64,000 nt of DNA from Thermodesulfobacteriota bacterium (GTDB lineage: Bacteria > Desulfobacterota > Desulfarculia > JACQYL01): positions 224,001-288,000 of the forward strand of contig CAXXLZ010000002.1 in NCBI GenBank assembly GCA_963675595.2, given 5' to 3'. Of this stretch, positions 34,462-45,267 are shown one piece after another; within the stretch, counting starts at the first letter, position 1, and each line of letters starts with the position of its first letter. The notes beneath the pieces are model-generated. The model saw only the letters and a program-made list of their open reading frames with translations. It ran no database searches and was not told the DNA's origin. The translations under genes were made by a program, and so were the position numbers.

Positions 34462-36335
34462 TGCCGTCGTAAGAACCCCCCTTTACGAACAGGGCTGTTT
34501 TTTGGAGCATTGGAAGTTCAAGCGGCCATTGCAACACTGCCAAGGTTACTGTCATCGTGACATAGGCTACAAAGACGACGGAAATTATCGTTGCTGCCTC
34601 CCTCTATCGAGTTGGAAAGGGCCTTCTTGGCCTTATCAAGGCGGCTCTGGACGAACCTCTTGATGTTGATGGCCAGGGCCTTCATGAAAACAGATAAGGT
34701 GACCCGTTTTTTGCCTCGGGTCCACGATCGTTTCAATCCCGTGACCCGATCCGCTTCGGAGATGGTGGCCTCGATGCCGGACCGGATTTTGTAGCGTTCT
34801 TTGAAATCATGGCTTTCCTGCTGTAGTCTGCGCTTGGAGGTCGCCATGTCCTTGCGCTTGTACTTCAGTCGATAATTTCCGCCCTTGATCCGTTTTACCG
34901 GACAGATGGGGAGAAATTCGCATAGGAGACAGTGCTCGCGGGAAAACACGGCTTCCACCGCTTTGCCGCGGTCAACGATCTTGCATTCAAGTGGCGCGTG
35001 CCCCCGGATACAGTAAACGACCTGGGTGCAGTCCTCGTTCGTTTCAAAGTCACTCAACTGCATCTTATTGAGATCCGGCGCTTTTCCGCAAGTCACCGGA
35101 GCGGTAAGCTCGACTCCGTGCTCGTGAGCTTGAAGGATGTTCTCGCCGCTGCCGTAGCCTGCGTCGGCGAACAACTCTTCGGGTTTGCGGCCCGTTTCCT
35201 CCAGGCGTTCGATAACGGGCATCACGTCTTTCTGGTCGCTGTCATAGGAAGGGGCCACGTCCACATCGGTGATCACCTGGAAGGGATTTTCCTTCACGCA
35301 GGTCTCCGTGAGGGAAGCCTTATATCCTTTGCCCTTGCGCCCATAGGTGGCGTCGGGATCCGAAGGATTCTGCAGGGAGTCCGCAGGGATTTCCTTGGGC
35401 TTCTCGAGTTCTGTTTTGTCGGGATCTCCCTCGGTGAAACGGCATTGCTCCGACAGTAGTCGGGCCATCAGCCGGTATTCTTTCATTCGGCTGATTTCCG
35501 GATGACCTCGGAAGCGGTCCACCAGGTCGGCGAGATGGCGGGCGGACTTGTCCAGACGACGCTTGGCCCGCGATGATTTTGCATCGGCAAAATAGCCTGC
35601 GCGCTTCAAGTAGGCCTTGTCGTAAAGTCGGGGCAGTTTCTCATACAACTTGGGATGTTTCTTATGGAGCCGTTTCAAGAACGCCTCGATGGTGCGCGTA
35701 AAGAGCCCCAGACGGCTCAGATGAGCCATGTTGGAAGTGATCTGTGTGGAGTCCAACCGCTGTTTGTCCGTGCTAAGGGCCGCCGTCTCGATGATGGCGT
35801 CCGTGATTCCGGTAAAGAGGCTCCGCGCTTGCTTGTTGTCGGTAATCAAGGTCCGGAAATTGTGCAGGGTCTTCTGGCAGACGTGAGATTCAAAGGCGTT
35901 GATGTTGAAGGCATATTGCCAACGCAGATCGAAGTCCAGAGCGCCCAAGACTTCCGCATCGGTCAGGCTGTTCATTTCCTTCAAAACACACGCTCCGACA
36001 AGGATGGCCACGGGTCTGTTGGGCCTGCCGTTGTCCTCACAGTAGAAAGGCCGGAAAGACTCCTCATCGATCATGGGAAGCACCAGGCGCCGGAACGGAC
36101 CGGCCCACGTCTTCTCCAACGCCTCGATCCTGTCTGCGGGAAGGCAAATATCGTGGTCGAAAATGGTCTTTTGCGTTCTCTTAGGCCGAAACAAAACAAC
36201 CCCCCTAAGGACCATATTATTAATCAAGTCAGATACTTATCATACAGGACCCAAAAGAAAGGTCAACCCATAAATGCCATTTTTATTCATATTTTCAACT
36301 AGATACCTTTACGGAGAGGTTTTTACGAACTCATC
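34460..36335 (-). mobile_element. IS1182-like element nested in the IS4
   Basis: Imperfect IRs GATGCCGTCGTAAGAACC / GATGAGTTCGTAAAAACC; 6-bp direct repeat AATCTT at 34454-9 and 36336-41. Confidence 0.85.
34518..36227 (-). CDS. DDE transposase (IS1182/IS5-like)
   Basis: GRPNRP N-terminal domain, RLDST, PSDPDATY, FADAGYG, Cys cluster, YKIRSGIEATISE. Confidence 0.9.
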   Translation of the reverse strand: MINNMVLRGVVLFRPKRTQKTIFDHDICLPADRIEALEKTWAGPFRRLVLPMIDEESFRPFYCEDNGRPNRPVAILVGACVLKEMNSLTDAEVLGALDFDLRWQYAFNINAFESHVCQKTLHNFRTLITDNKQARSLFTGITDAIIETAALSTDKQRLDSTQITSNMAHLSRLGLFTRTIEAFLKRLHKKHPKLYEKLPRLYDKAYLKRAGYFADAKSSRAKRRLDKSARHLADLVDRFRGHPEISRMKEYRLMARLLSEQCRFTEGDPDKTELEKPKEIPADSLQNPSDPDATYGRKGKGYKASLTETCVKENPFQVITDVDVAPSYDSDQKDVMPVIERLEETGRKPEELFADAGYGSGENILQAHEHGVELTAPVTCGKAPDLNKMQLSDFETNEDCTQVVYCIRGHAPLECKIVDRGKAVEAVFSREHCLLCEFLPICPVKRIKGGNYRLKYKRKDMATSKRRLQQESHDFKERYKIRSGIEATISEADRVTGLKRSWTRGKKRVTLSVFMKALAINIKRFVQSRLDKAKKALSNSIEGGSNDNFRRLCSLCHDDSNLGSVAMAA

Positions 36336-36725
36336 AATCTTTTTTTCCCTGGGGATACCCACTCCAAAAAGAACCACCGTAGAAATCGATGCTTCTGGAG
36401 AGAGACCATGTTTATGTTACACCTGCTGAAACAAGCCGTGAACCCTAAACTCGGCTTGGCCGAATGCATTGCCGGCTGGGATAACATATCTTTTTATTTG
36501 CGAGAACCGCCAAGGAAACGAGCACTTCAGCGGCTGATTCCTCAGACGGAAAGAAGCATAGCAAACAATGCTTAAGTTAGCGCTTATGGGGGTGCGGGGG
36601 AGGACTTTTTCAAAAGTCCCCCCCGTAAGTAAGTAAATGCCTACCTTTCGTTTCCCTAAGACGATCATAGCCGAGTTCAATGCTTCCCGGCTTTGCGAGG
36701 ATTCCCTGAAAAGAAGGACTACGTA

Positions 36726-37445
36726 TTGTTCCTTGACGTGGTAAGGCTGACCAAATCTTTCGGTGGATTGACCGCGGTAAACGAGTTGGATATCGCAGTT
36801 CAGGAAGGCGAAATCCTCGGGCTTATCGGACCCAACGGGTCTGGAAGAACCACGCTGTTCAGCCTGATAACGGGATTCTTGAAGCCTGATTCGGGCGGCG
36901 TCTATTTCAAGGGCAAGGAGATCACAGGCCTCAAACCTCACGCGATCTGTGAAAGCGGTGTCGCCAGGACCTTCCAATCGGTCCGACCGTTCAGCAGGAT
37001 GACGGCCGCGGAAAATGTCATGGTGGGCAGAACCTACGGAAGGAACCCGGCTTCCGGCTTAGGTGAGGCATTGGAAGAATCCAAGGAAATCTTGGGGTAT
37101 GTGGGGCTTGAGGGGAAATGGAACGTCGCAGCGGGTAAACTCACACTGTCCGATCGCAAGAGACTTGAACTTGCCAGAGCTTTGGCGACAAAGCCTCATT
37201 TGCTTCTGCTGGATGAAGTCATGGCCGGTCTGAATCCGACGGAAGCCCGGGAGGCCGCAGAATTGGTTCGAAATATACGAGATTCCGGAGTGACCGTGGT
37301 CATGGTGGAGCACAATATCAAGGTTGTCATGCAAATCTCCAGCAGGGTGACGGTGATCAGTTCCGGAGAAAAGATATTTGAAGGCCCTCCCCGGGAGGCG
37401 GCAAGGGATCAAAAGGTCATCAATTCCTATTTGGGGAGGACCTAA
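36726..37445 (+). CDS. livG: Branched-chain amino acid-type ABC ATPase
   Basis: GPNGSGRTT (Walker A Lys replaced by Arg), ARTFQ, LLLDEVMAGL, VEH. Confidence 0.88.
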   Translation: MFLDVVRLTKSFGGLTAVNELDIAVQEGEILGLIGPNGSGRTTLFSLITGFLKPDSGGVYFKGKEITGLKPHAICESGVARTFQSVRPFSRMTAAENVMVGRTYGRNPASGLGEALEESKEILGYVGLEGKWNVAAGKLTLSDRKRLELARALATKPHLLLLDEVMAGLNPTEAREAAELVRNIRDSGVTVVMVEHNIKVVMQISSRVTVISSGEKIFEGPPREAARDQKVINSYLGRT

Positions 37446-37447
37446 GC

Positions 37448-38167
37448 TTGCTCGACGTAGACAGGATCGACGTCTTTTATGGAGATCTCCAAGCAGTGTG
37501 GGAGGTCTCCTTTTCGGTGGAAGAAAAGGGAATCGTCGCAATTCTTGGATCCAACGGGTCCGGCAAATCCACCATACTCAAGACTCTGGCCGGCTTGCTC
37601 GTCCCCTCTAAAGGAAGCATACAATTCAAAGGATCGCGTATAGATACGTTATCCGCCCATAAAAGAGTGGATCTGGGGATTTGTCTCGTTCCGGAGGGCA
37701 GAGGGCTGTTCCCGGGAATGAGCGTTCTGGAAAACCTTGAATTGGGCGCCTTCAATACCGAAGCGAGAAAAAGAACGAAGGAAACCCTGGAATACGTACA
37801 CGGAATGTTTCCGATCCTTGCAGGGAGAGAACGACAGCCGGCCGGGACCCTGAGTGGAGGGGAACAACAGATGGTTGCCATAGCAAGAGGCCTGATGGCC
37901 AAGCCGGAACTGTTGCTTCTCGACGAACCGTCTCTCGGTTTGGCTCCTTTGGTTACCGGCGCCATCTTTGAGGCTATAGAGCAAGCCAACGAAACGGGAC
38001 TCACCATGGTTTTGGTGGAGCAGAATGTCGAGCGGTCTCTGAAGCTTGCGGGCACAGCCTACATCATTGAGAACGGACGTATTGTCGGACAGGGAGATGC
38101 CGATCACCTGTTACACGATCAGCGAGTTAGAGATGCCTATCTGGGAGTCGACGAATCCTCCAGCTGA
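37448..38167 (+). CDS. livF: Branched-chain amino acid-type ABC ATPase
   Basis: GSNGSGKST, VPEGR, LSGGEQQM, LDEPSLGLAP, VEQN. Confidence 0.92.
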   Translation: MLDVDRIDVFYGDLQAVWEVSFSVEEKGIVAILGSNGSGKSTILKTLAGLLVPSKGSIQFKGSRIDTLSAHKRVDLGICLVPEGRGLFPGMSVLENLELGAFNTEARKRTKETLEYVHGMFPILAGRERQPAGTLSGGEQQMVAIARGLMAKPELLLLDEPSLGLAPLVTGAIFEAIEQANETGLTMVLVEQNVERSLKLAGTAYIIENGRIVGQGDADHLLHDQRVRDAYLGVDESSS

Positions 38168-38176
38168 GTTGGACCG

Positions 38177-39064
38177 ATGACCTTTGAATTTCTCATTCAG
38201 ATTATGGTATTCGGCGTCTTTGTTGGATCTCTGTATGGTTTGGCCGCAGTTGGGTTCAGCTTTATTTATGGTGTTATGAGGATCCTGAATATCGCCCATG
38301 GAGAACTGATTATGTTGGGCGGTTACGTTGGGTTCTCCATATGTTCCTACTATCATATCGATCCCTTTCTTTCACTGCCCCTGGTCGGAGTGGTTCTTTT
38401 TGTCCTCGGCGCGGGCTTGTACAAGGCTTTCTTCTCAAGAATCATCAAATTCAACGAAGAACTCCGGACCAATACTTCCCTGCTCATTTCCTTCGGCTTA
38501 ATCCTGATACTCGAACAAAGCGCACTTCTTTCCTTTAGTGCAAATGATAGAAGTTCCTCCCCTTCCTATGCAGGTCTCGGAATGGAAATTTATAACATAC
38601 AGTTTCCTTACCTTAGAATGGGTATACTACTCGTATCTATAGTATTGATTTTTGGACTTCAACTATTCCTGCGTAAGACCTATTTGGGCAAAAGTATCAG
38701 AGCGGCGGCGGAGAATTGGGAATCAGCGACCCTTGTCGGTATTAACATCAAACGTGTTTATCTGATCTCCTTTTCCTTGTCGTGTGCATTAGCGGGCATG
38801 GCGGGGAGCATGATTGCGGTCGGTTATTCAATCAATCCCACGATGGGATTGGAGTGGATCCTCAAGGCAATGGTCATCGCGATCATGGCCGGAGTGGGAA
38901 GCATCGGGGGCGCATTCATTGCCGGCGTCATGCTGGGAGTCGTGGAAGCGGTCAGTTCAATCTATCTGGGACCTTATATGCAGGGGATCGGACTCGTCAT
39001 CTTTCTCATGGTGTTGATGTTGAGGCCGCAAGGCCTGTTCGGAGCAAAACGGGGAAGAGTGTAA
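38177..39064 (+). CDS. livH: ABC permease
   Basis: YGVMRILNIAHGE, LGKSIRA, RPQGLFG. Confidence 0.9.
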   Translation: MTFEFLIQIMVFGVFVGSLYGLAAVGFSFIYGVMRILNIAHGELIMLGGYVGFSICSYYHIDPFLSLPLVGVVLFVLGAGLYKAFFSRIIKFNEELRTNTSLLISFGLILILEQSALLSFSANDRSSSPSYAGLGMEIYNIQFPYLRMGILLVSIVLIFGLQLFLRKTYLGKSIRAAAENWESATLVGINIKRVYLISFSLSCALAGMAGSMIAVGYSINPTMGLEWILKAMVIAIMAGVGSIGGAFIAGVMLGVVEAVSSIYLGPYMQGIGLVIFLMVLMLRPQGLFGAKRGRV

Positions 39065-39065
39065 G

Positions 39066-40007
39066 ATGCTTGGGAGACGGAAAGGTCTTTTCATAGGGAG
39101 CCTGGTTGTCTCGTTGTTATACCTGCTGCCCGGAGTGGTTTCGAAGACGGACGTCTTGAATCTGTCCTGCCTTGTATTCCTGTTTGTCATGCTGAGTGAG
39201 AGCTGGAACATCCTCGGCGGATACGCGGGCCAAGTAAACCTTGGACACGCCTGCTTCTTCGGTTTAGGGGCCCTGGTAACCCGTCTCCTATGGTTCTCGG
39301 GTATGCCGCTCCTGGTGACCCTTTTTCTCGGTGGTCTCGCGGCCCTTGTGTTTGCCCTCATCATAGGTTTACCCGCCTTTCGCCTGAGGGGCGCCTACTT
39401 TGTCATAGGCACGTTGGCGCTGGCGGAAATCATGAGAATCGTCGTGAGTAACGCATTACCCACCATAAGTTCCATGCCTTCTCAATTCATTGCCTCCTAC
39501 AGCCTCGTTCCTCGCTATTATCTGTCACTCACGCTGGCTGTCGGGACGGTAGCCGTCGTTCATCTCCTCAGCCGTTCCAGACCGGGACTTGCGATGGTCG
39601 CAATCAAGGAAGGTGAAGACACGGCTGAAGCATCGGGAGTAGATACCTTCAAATACAAGCTCATGGCTCTCGGGTTGAGCACCTTTTTGGCGGGCCTGGC
39701 CGGCGGACTCTTCGCCTTTTTTCATGTGAGCTACTATCCGGCCCAACCCTTCGGCGTGCACTGGACCTTCGATGCCTTGTTCATCGCCTATATCGGAGGA
39801 ATAGGCACCGTGGGAGGCCCCATCATCGGGACGTTGTTCTATATTGGTCTGAGGGAGCTGTTTCCTCTTGTCCTACCACCCGAAATCCACACCATCGTCT
39901 TTGGTATCATGTTCATCCTGGTGATCCTGCTCATGCCCAATGGTTTGGTGGAGCTGCCGGGAAAATTTCGGAGATTCATGGTGGGCTCCGAGCCGCCAAG
40001 GGAATGA
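39066..40007 (+). CDS. livM: ABC permease
   Basis: SWNILGGYAGQVNLGHA, RLRGAYF, GGIGTVGGPIIG. Confidence 0.9.
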   Translation: MLGRRKGLFIGSLVVSLLYLLPGVVSKTDVLNLSCLVFLFVMLSESWNILGGYAGQVNLGHACFFGLGALVTRLLWFSGMPLLVTLFLGGLAALVFALIIGLPAFRLRGAYFVIGTLALAEIMRIVVSNALPTISSMPSQFIASYSLVPRYYLSLTLAVGTVAVVHLLSRSRPGLAMVAIKEGEDTAEASGVDTFKYKLMALGLSTFLAGLAGGLFAFFHVSYYPAQPFGVHWTFDALFIAYIGGIGTVGGPIIGTLFYIGLRELFPLVLPPEIHTIVFGIMFILVILLMPNGLVELPGKFRRFMVGSEPPRE

Positions 40008-40477
40008 AGTGCGCCAAGGGACGGCCTCTATCTGGAACTGAAGGCTTGCATGATCGATTTCGCGTGGGGTTTTTGGTGAGACCTGAAAAAATTGCCTAAA
40101 ATAAGCAGCAGAAAGCCGCAAGACTCGCCATGTCATCGAAACGGGCCGCTAGATTGAACAATACTTTTTGGACATTTTTTAGCCGGCACGTAACCGGTTC
40201 CGCCCATCCGATCTCATAAACTCTCGCCTTGACCTGCGCATCATCGGAAATAGTCCCCGCATACAAAATTCCATCAGCGCTTGGCAAATCGTCTACGCCG
40301 ATCTCCTCCGCCGTCACCGAGGGCGAACCGGTCTTCCTCCGCCACGAGGTCCCCGGGTACGACTCGAACCTACGATTCAACGCGTGCATTGATTCGGTTG
40401 TCGAAAGGACGCGTTGATGGTCCCTTTTGATCCTGAATCCGACCGCCCTCTCACGCGTCTTAAAATGCCCTGTGACG

Positions 40478-41302
40478 CTACTCCACGTCGCCGTCCCAGG
40501 CATAGGCTGTGACAGGAACGGGGTGCATGTACACTTCCTTCACTCCGGGCGTCTGCTGGGCCATGGTCTTGATTTGATCGGCCAGTTCCGGGGCTACGGT
40601 CAGGTTGACCTTGGCGTCTATGGTGACTTTTCCGTCTTCGGCCTGCACCTCGACCGCTGGGAAGTCGTGTACCAGCCGGACCTTGACCCGGGCGGCCAGC
40701 AGCAGGTTGTCCAAGGTCCGTTGCGACTCCGGAGTGGTCTTGAACTGCTCCAATTGCGCGGTTTCGCAGATGATGTTGACCGCGTTTTCCACATGGAGCT
40801 TGTGCACGTGCAGCACCAGGTCGTACAGGCTCGGATCCCAGGTGTCCAAACCAAAGAGATGGTGACTCCACTTCCGTCGCTCCTGGTCATCCTTGCGCAG
40901 GCGGGCCAGGGCGTCTTCACGACTCAGATGCTCCCGCTTCATCTCGAGTTCCACTCGGTCCTCCATATCCGCCAGGATACGCACCTTGAGCACATGAGAA
41001 ACTCCGTGTAAAAGAAACTGGCCGGCCAAACCGTGGTAGACCACGTTGTCATGGTGAACCCGCTCGAGGAAGGCCGCGGTGATATAGGCGAGATAGCGCT
41101 CTTTGCCGTAGGTTAAGCGCTGCAGGATGGACGGGGCGTCGTGCAGGGCGCGCTCCAGTTTGATCTCCGGTATGTTGAACTGCTCGGACGCCTCGATCAG
41201 GATTTCTCTCGATACGCACTCGTAACCCAGATTTCGGGCGACACTTTGGGCTACTTCCTTGCCTTTGCTGAAAGAGCCTCTGGAAATGGTAATTATGGCC
41301 AA
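40478..41302 (-). CDS. Cytidylate-kinase-like family protein with possible C-terminal BON domain
   Basis: MAIITISRGSFSKGKEVA, VLKVRILA, DPSLYDLV; C-terminal VEVQAEDGKVTI...PGVKEV. Confidence 0.85.
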   Translation of the reverse strand: MAIITISRGSFSKGKEVAQSVARNLGYECVSREILIEASEQFNIPEIKLERALHDAPSILQRLTYGKERYLAYITAAFLERVHHDNVVYHGLAGQFLLHGVSHVLKVRILADMEDRVELEMKREHLSREDALARLRKDDQERRKWSHHLFGLDTWDPSLYDLVLHVHKLHVENAVNIICETAQLEQFKTTPESQRTLDNLLLAARVKVRLVHDFPAVEVQAEDGKVTIDAKVNLTVAPELADQIKTMAQQTPGVKEVYMHPVPVTAYAWDGDVE

Positions 41303-41361
41303 GACGCTCTCCTATCGATAGAAGGAAGATCGATGATTCCCCACCGGTGCGGCCCGCCGGG

Positions 41362-42150
41362 CTAGTGGCCATCGCCCTTGCGGTGAAAAATGAGGCCGGT
41401 GAGCATGCCCACTGCTCCGGCCAGCACCACGGCCAGAAGTCCGTACAATATCCCGTGATGTTGTGCCATGGCGTGCAACACGGCCGGCAACCCTTCCAGT
41501 TCAACGTTGAACGAGGCGGAGCGCTTTTCGATGATGGCGCCGTTCCGGACGATCCACATCGTCACATAGTAGGTTCCGGGTTTGAGTCTCGAGGGTAGAT
41601 GAAACTCGGCGTGAGCCCGCCACAGGTCAGGGCCTGCATGGGTGATCTCCAAACCGCCGGGGTAGAGTCGGTAGAGTTGGTCTCGCTCCTTGAGCTGCAC
41701 AAACTCCCGGAAGATGGTGTCGTCCTCCACAGGTTTGATGCGTCCCTTGAACTCGGCTTTCCTTTCCAGTTCCGCATACCCCCACGGGAAGTTGCCGGCG
41801 TCGGGGGAAAGCAGAGCCGGGTCACTGCTCGATGCCATATAGAGCAGGGGAGTGTTCTCGATATCCACCTCCCCGCTGTTCATCCACAGATCCCAGTGTA
41901 GGGACTTACGCATCATTTCCTCTTCGATCCTCTTGCCGCGCACGGTCAACACGGCCTGGCAGTCTGCGGGCAGATCGCCTCTGATGCTCATCCGCACACC
42001 GGAAAAGAGGGAAGAGATCCTGACCAGCTCCGGCCGTACCACTATTTCTCCACCGGCCGTCGCAGGCAAGGCCGTTCCCAGGCACAGCAGCAGCATCAGA
42101 GCCGCCGAAACCGCCCGGTACCCTGTTCCGCAGAACGGCATGTCACTCAC
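41362..42150 (-). CDS. TIGR02186-like membrane protein, partner of TauE
   Basis: Signal peptide, ISSLFSG, LWMN, PGTYYV, C-terminal TM LYGLLAVVLA; overlaps the TauE stop. Confidence 0.82.
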   Translation of the reverse strand: MSDMPFCGTGYRAVSAALMLLLCLGTALPATAGGEIVVRPELVRISSLFSGVRMSIRGDLPADCQAVLTVRGKRIEEEMMRKSLHWDLWMNSGEVDIENTPLLYMASSSDPALLSPDAGNFPWGYAELERKAEFKGRIKPVEDDTIFREFVQLKERDQLYRLYPGGLEITHAGPDLWRAHAEFHLPSRLKPGTYYVTMWIVRNGAIIEKRSASFNVELEGLPAVLHAMAQHHGILYGLLAVVLAGAVGMLTGLIFHRKGDGH

Positions 42151-43075
42151 CCCCCTTGAAATCGAGCATGTAGTGGGGAGTCAGGATCAAACCCAGCAGG
42201 ATTTTGACCATGACGGCCAGCACGATGCAGGCCAAAAGGATCTTGAGGTGGTTCGACCGGAGCCGGTAGCTGAAGCGCGCTCCCAACTGGGCGCCGATAC
42301 TCGATCCCAGAAGCAACAGGAGGGCCAGCATCACATCCACGGTGTGGTTGGTGGCGGCCTGCATAACGGTCACGTTGGCGCAGACGAACACCTCCTGGAA
42401 CAGGTTGGTGCCTACTACCACGTGCATGGGCATCTTTAGAACGTAACACATCATGGGCACCATGATGAATCCGCCTCCCAGTCCCATGATGGCGGCCAGC
42501 ATGCCTACGAAAGCGCCTACCAGGAAGGGCACTATGGGGGACAAGGTCACATCCGATTTGGCGAAATGGGTCTGCCACGGCAAGGTCGAGATGAATCTGC
42601 GGAAACGCGAGGGGTGAGGAACGTGTTCCAGGGGGTATCCGGAGCCCGCTTCGCGGATGTGGGACCGAACGCCTTCTACGAGCATGTAGGAGCCCACCAG
42701 GGAAAGCATCACCACGTAAGTGATTTTGATGAAGAAATCGGCGTCCCCCAGGGTGCGCAGAAACCGGATGATCTGGACTCCCACCGTGCCGCCGAGAAAA
42801 CCGCCGGCCAACAGGATGAGCCCCATTTTCAAATCCACGTTACCCATTCGGTGGTGGGCAAAACTGCCCGAGGCCGTGGCGGCCACGATCTGGTTCGAAT
42901 CCGAGGCTGCTGCGATGGTGGGAGGTATGCCGGACATGATCAAGAGCGGGGTCATGAGGAATCCGCCTCCCACCCCGGTGAGGCCGGAAAGGAAACCCAC
43001 ACCGGCCCCCAGGCCCAGAAGCATGAAAATGTTGAGGCTGTGCCCGGCGATGGGCAGGTAGAAATCCCAATTCAT
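42143..43075 (-). CDS. Sulfite exporter TauE/SafE family protein
   Basis: FYLPIAG, GVGGGFLMTP, GLGGGFIMVP, VGTNLFQ. Confidence 0.92.
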   Translation of the reverse strand: MNWDFYLPIAGHSLNIFMLLGLGAGVGFLSGLTGVGGGFLMTPLLIMSGIPPTIAAASDSNQIVAATASGSFAHHRMGNVDLKMGLILLAGGFLGGTVGVQIIRFLRTLGDADFFIKITYVVMLSLVGSYMLVEGVRSHIREAGSGYPLEHVPHPSRFRRFISTLPWQTHFAKSDVTLSPIVPFLVGAFVGMLAAIMGLGGGFIMVPMMCYVLKMPMHVVVGTNLFQEVFVCANVTVMQAATNHTVDVMLALLLLLGSSIGAQLGARFSYRLRSNHLKILLACIVLAVMVKILLGLILTPHYMLDFKGGE

Positions 43076-43923
43076 GACGACGTCTCCTGTTAAGGAGTCG
43101 TTCTTGCTTTACCGAAGCTCGGCCGAGCACGATCGTCATCGGCTGTGGACGCGGGTCGGATCCGTTGAGTCACATTATAACAGAACGGCGGACCGGCACA
43201 AGTGGCGGCGGGCGGCCAATGGGCTGCTCCATCGCGATGGTGACGAACTGGAGAGAAGGGCCGGCGGACCACTCAGTTTACCCGCGCCGGGAAGTCATGC
43301 ACGAAAGTGGACCCCAGAGTTGGTACCAATTTTTCCGGAAAATAAGGTTTATTGTTTTGGAGCCCGCATCCGCGTTGCGGAAGTTGGCCGAGCGGAGCCT
43401 TGCGCTGCTCGGATGGAACTCTCTCTTTTCTGATTTATCCTCGCCGGTAAAAAAGCTATATTAGAAGCAGGATGTTCACAAACACGGATTGCGGCAGTGC
43501 GCTTCATCTTTTGTCATCGGGGTGGGCTTCTTCACCTACGTTACACCCCATAAGACCATCACGTCCTATCTCTCATCGTCTTCAATCCGACTCGTATCAT
43601 CGGCCTCTTTCAACGTAACGGCAAAGAGTTGTCCACAGCATGTGCTTGGTTGACCGTGAGAACGACTTCCTTGACGGCCGGGTAGGATCAAGGCGTTTTC
43701 ACCGGAACGACGGCCGCTTGAGAGTGGAAACGGAAGGTACGCTCCTCAGGCGAGAACGTTCGGAGTTTCGCCTTTCGGCACTGAGCATGGAGTGAATCTT
43801 GGCCCCGAGCAGGTCTTGAAGTTAGGGGAAAACAGGCGATCGCGCGGTTCTCCGCCCGGGGGCGCGTGCCGTCTGTGTCTTGTGGGAATACGTTGGAAAG
43901 ATTCACAACAAAAAGGAGGCGGT

Positions 43924-44667
43924 ATGATGAAGAGGTTGGTTTTGACGGCGTTGGTTCTCGGTCTGTCGATGTTTTGCATCACGGGGCTTTGCTTCGCCCA
44001 GGCCGGAATATGGAAATCGGCGACCCCTACGGACACGGTCAGCTTCTACGTGCAATCGTATGACGTGGAGGACCATTCGGCGGTGGTCATCTATTCTCCC
44101 GACGGAGTGGAGTTTGCGGCTTTCCTGGATACCGATTTCGAGGCCGGCGTGGTGAACGTAGACGATCTGGGGGGTCAGGGATATCACCTGCAGATGACTT
44201 TTGTGGACGAAGACAACGCCACCGTGATGCTGAACCGTCCAAGCGCGCCCGGAGTTAGTTACACGCTCGTGCGCTCCTTCGTGGGTTTCGGCAAAGGAGA
44301 GCAGGGAGACCAAGGCCCCGCCGGTCCCCCCGGAGCTACCGGTGCTACCGGAGCTACCGGGCCTCAAGGAGATCCCGGTACTTTCGAAGACCTGAACTTC
44401 ACTTGGGTAACCAACACCGAAGCCGTACCGGCCAATTCCCCGGGCGTGGTGGAAGTACGGTGTGGAACCGGTCAAACGCTGGTAGGAGGCGGATACGACA
44501 ACGGTTATATCTTCTTGGTCCATAGCTTCCCCTATCTGTCCTATAGCGGGCCGATCGGCACCACGGGGGACGACGCCAACGGGTGGAAGGTCGTTATCTG
44601 GAATGTCGATCCGGACGATGCACTCAACGTGACGGTGTACGCGCGTTGCGTGAGCGCGGCGCCTTAG
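43924..44667 (+). CDS. Secreted protein with a short collagen-like (Gly-X-Y) segment
   Basis: AGGAGG RBS, signal peptide, GEQGDQGPAGPPGATGATGATGPQGDPG, C-terminal domain with C...LVGGG...GW...VYARC. Confidence 0.85.
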   Translation: MMKRLVLTALVLGLSMFCITGLCFAQAGIWKSATPTDTVSFYVQSYDVEDHSAVVIYSPDGVEFAAFLDTDFEAGVVNVDDLGGQGYHLQMTFVDEDNATVMLNRPSAPGVSYTLVRSFVGFGKGEQGDQGPAGPPGATGATGATGPQGDPGTFEDLNFTWVTNTEAVPANSPGVVEVRCGTGQTLVGGGYDNGYIFLVHSFPYLSYSGPIGTTGDDANGWKVVIWNVDPDDALNVTVYARCVSAAP

Positions 44668-44721
44668 AGTCAATGATCGGCGGCCTGTCGGATCTGTTGT
44701 CTTGTCCGCACCCATAGCACC

Positions 44722-44751
44722 GAATCCCCTTTCTTCGATGAAAGGGGATTC
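44722..44751. terminator. Hairpin between convergent genes
   Basis: GAATCCCCTTTC-ttcgat-GAAAGGGGATTC perfect stem. Confidence 0.65.
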
Positions 44752-44844
44752 AAGGTACTTCGACGACGAACATTCGAAGTGTTACGCTAAAATTGGAAGA
44801 AACGAGGGTCCACGGATGCGGCCCTCGGAACCGCAAAACATGAC

Positions 44845-45267
44845 CTACTTGATATAATACCCGGACACCCGCCAAGCCCCGTCCTTGTCCTTCATGGGGT
44901 TGACGGTTTCCACGGCCGACTTCTTGTTTTGGAACGAGGCTTCGAACTGCAGCACCACGTATTCACCGTCGGGAGCGCCGGGCAAAGAAGTGGTGTAAGT
45001 AGCGCCGGAGAGCTTTCTGGAAATCGTGTCCCCCAGAGGTTTCCTAACAGCCGTAAGGGATTGCTTCCACTGATCCCGGCTCACCGCGCCTTTGAAGTAC
45101 GCGGCCGCCGTGTTCCAACTTTCCGTGTAATTTCCGGCATCCACCAGAGCCAGCCAAGCCTCGGCGGCCGTGGTCGCCTTTCCGATCTCCTGGTCGTTCT
45201 GAGCCCAAAGGGGCGTCGCGCCCAACACCAGCAACAAAGCGACCATCCAAACGGCAGTACGTCTCAT
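44845..45267 (-). CDS. DUF4019-family secreted protein
   Basis: AAEAWLALVDAGNYTESW, LPGAPDGEYVVLQF, WRVSGYYIK. Confidence 0.9.
   Translation of the reverse strand: MRRTAVWMVALLLVLGATPLWAQNDQEIGKATTAAEAWLALVDAGNYTESWNTAAAYFKGAVSRDQWKQSLTAVRKPLGDTISRKLSGATYTTSLPGAPDGEYVVLQFEASFQNKKSAVETVNPMKDKDGAWRVSGYYIK

Larger units (their letters stand above)
33322..36588 (+). mobile_element. IS4-family element interrupted by a nested IS
   Basis: IRs CATAAGCGCTAACTTACGC and reverse complement CATAAGCGCTAACTTAAGC; 11-bp direct repeat GGGGTGCGGGG at 33311-33321 and 36589-36599. Confidence 0.92.

Noticed and set aside
40096-40470. Minus-strand ORF remnant after livM
   Set aside because: Partly protein-like but no start signal or family recognised
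43465-43625. ncRNA gene
   Set aside because: Looks like a degenerate intergenic repeat/MITE; no RNA family features recognised
44330-44360. 9-bp tandem repeat (GGAGCTACC-like) as a contingency locus
   Set aside because: In-frame Gly-Ala-Thr codons of the collagen segment explain it
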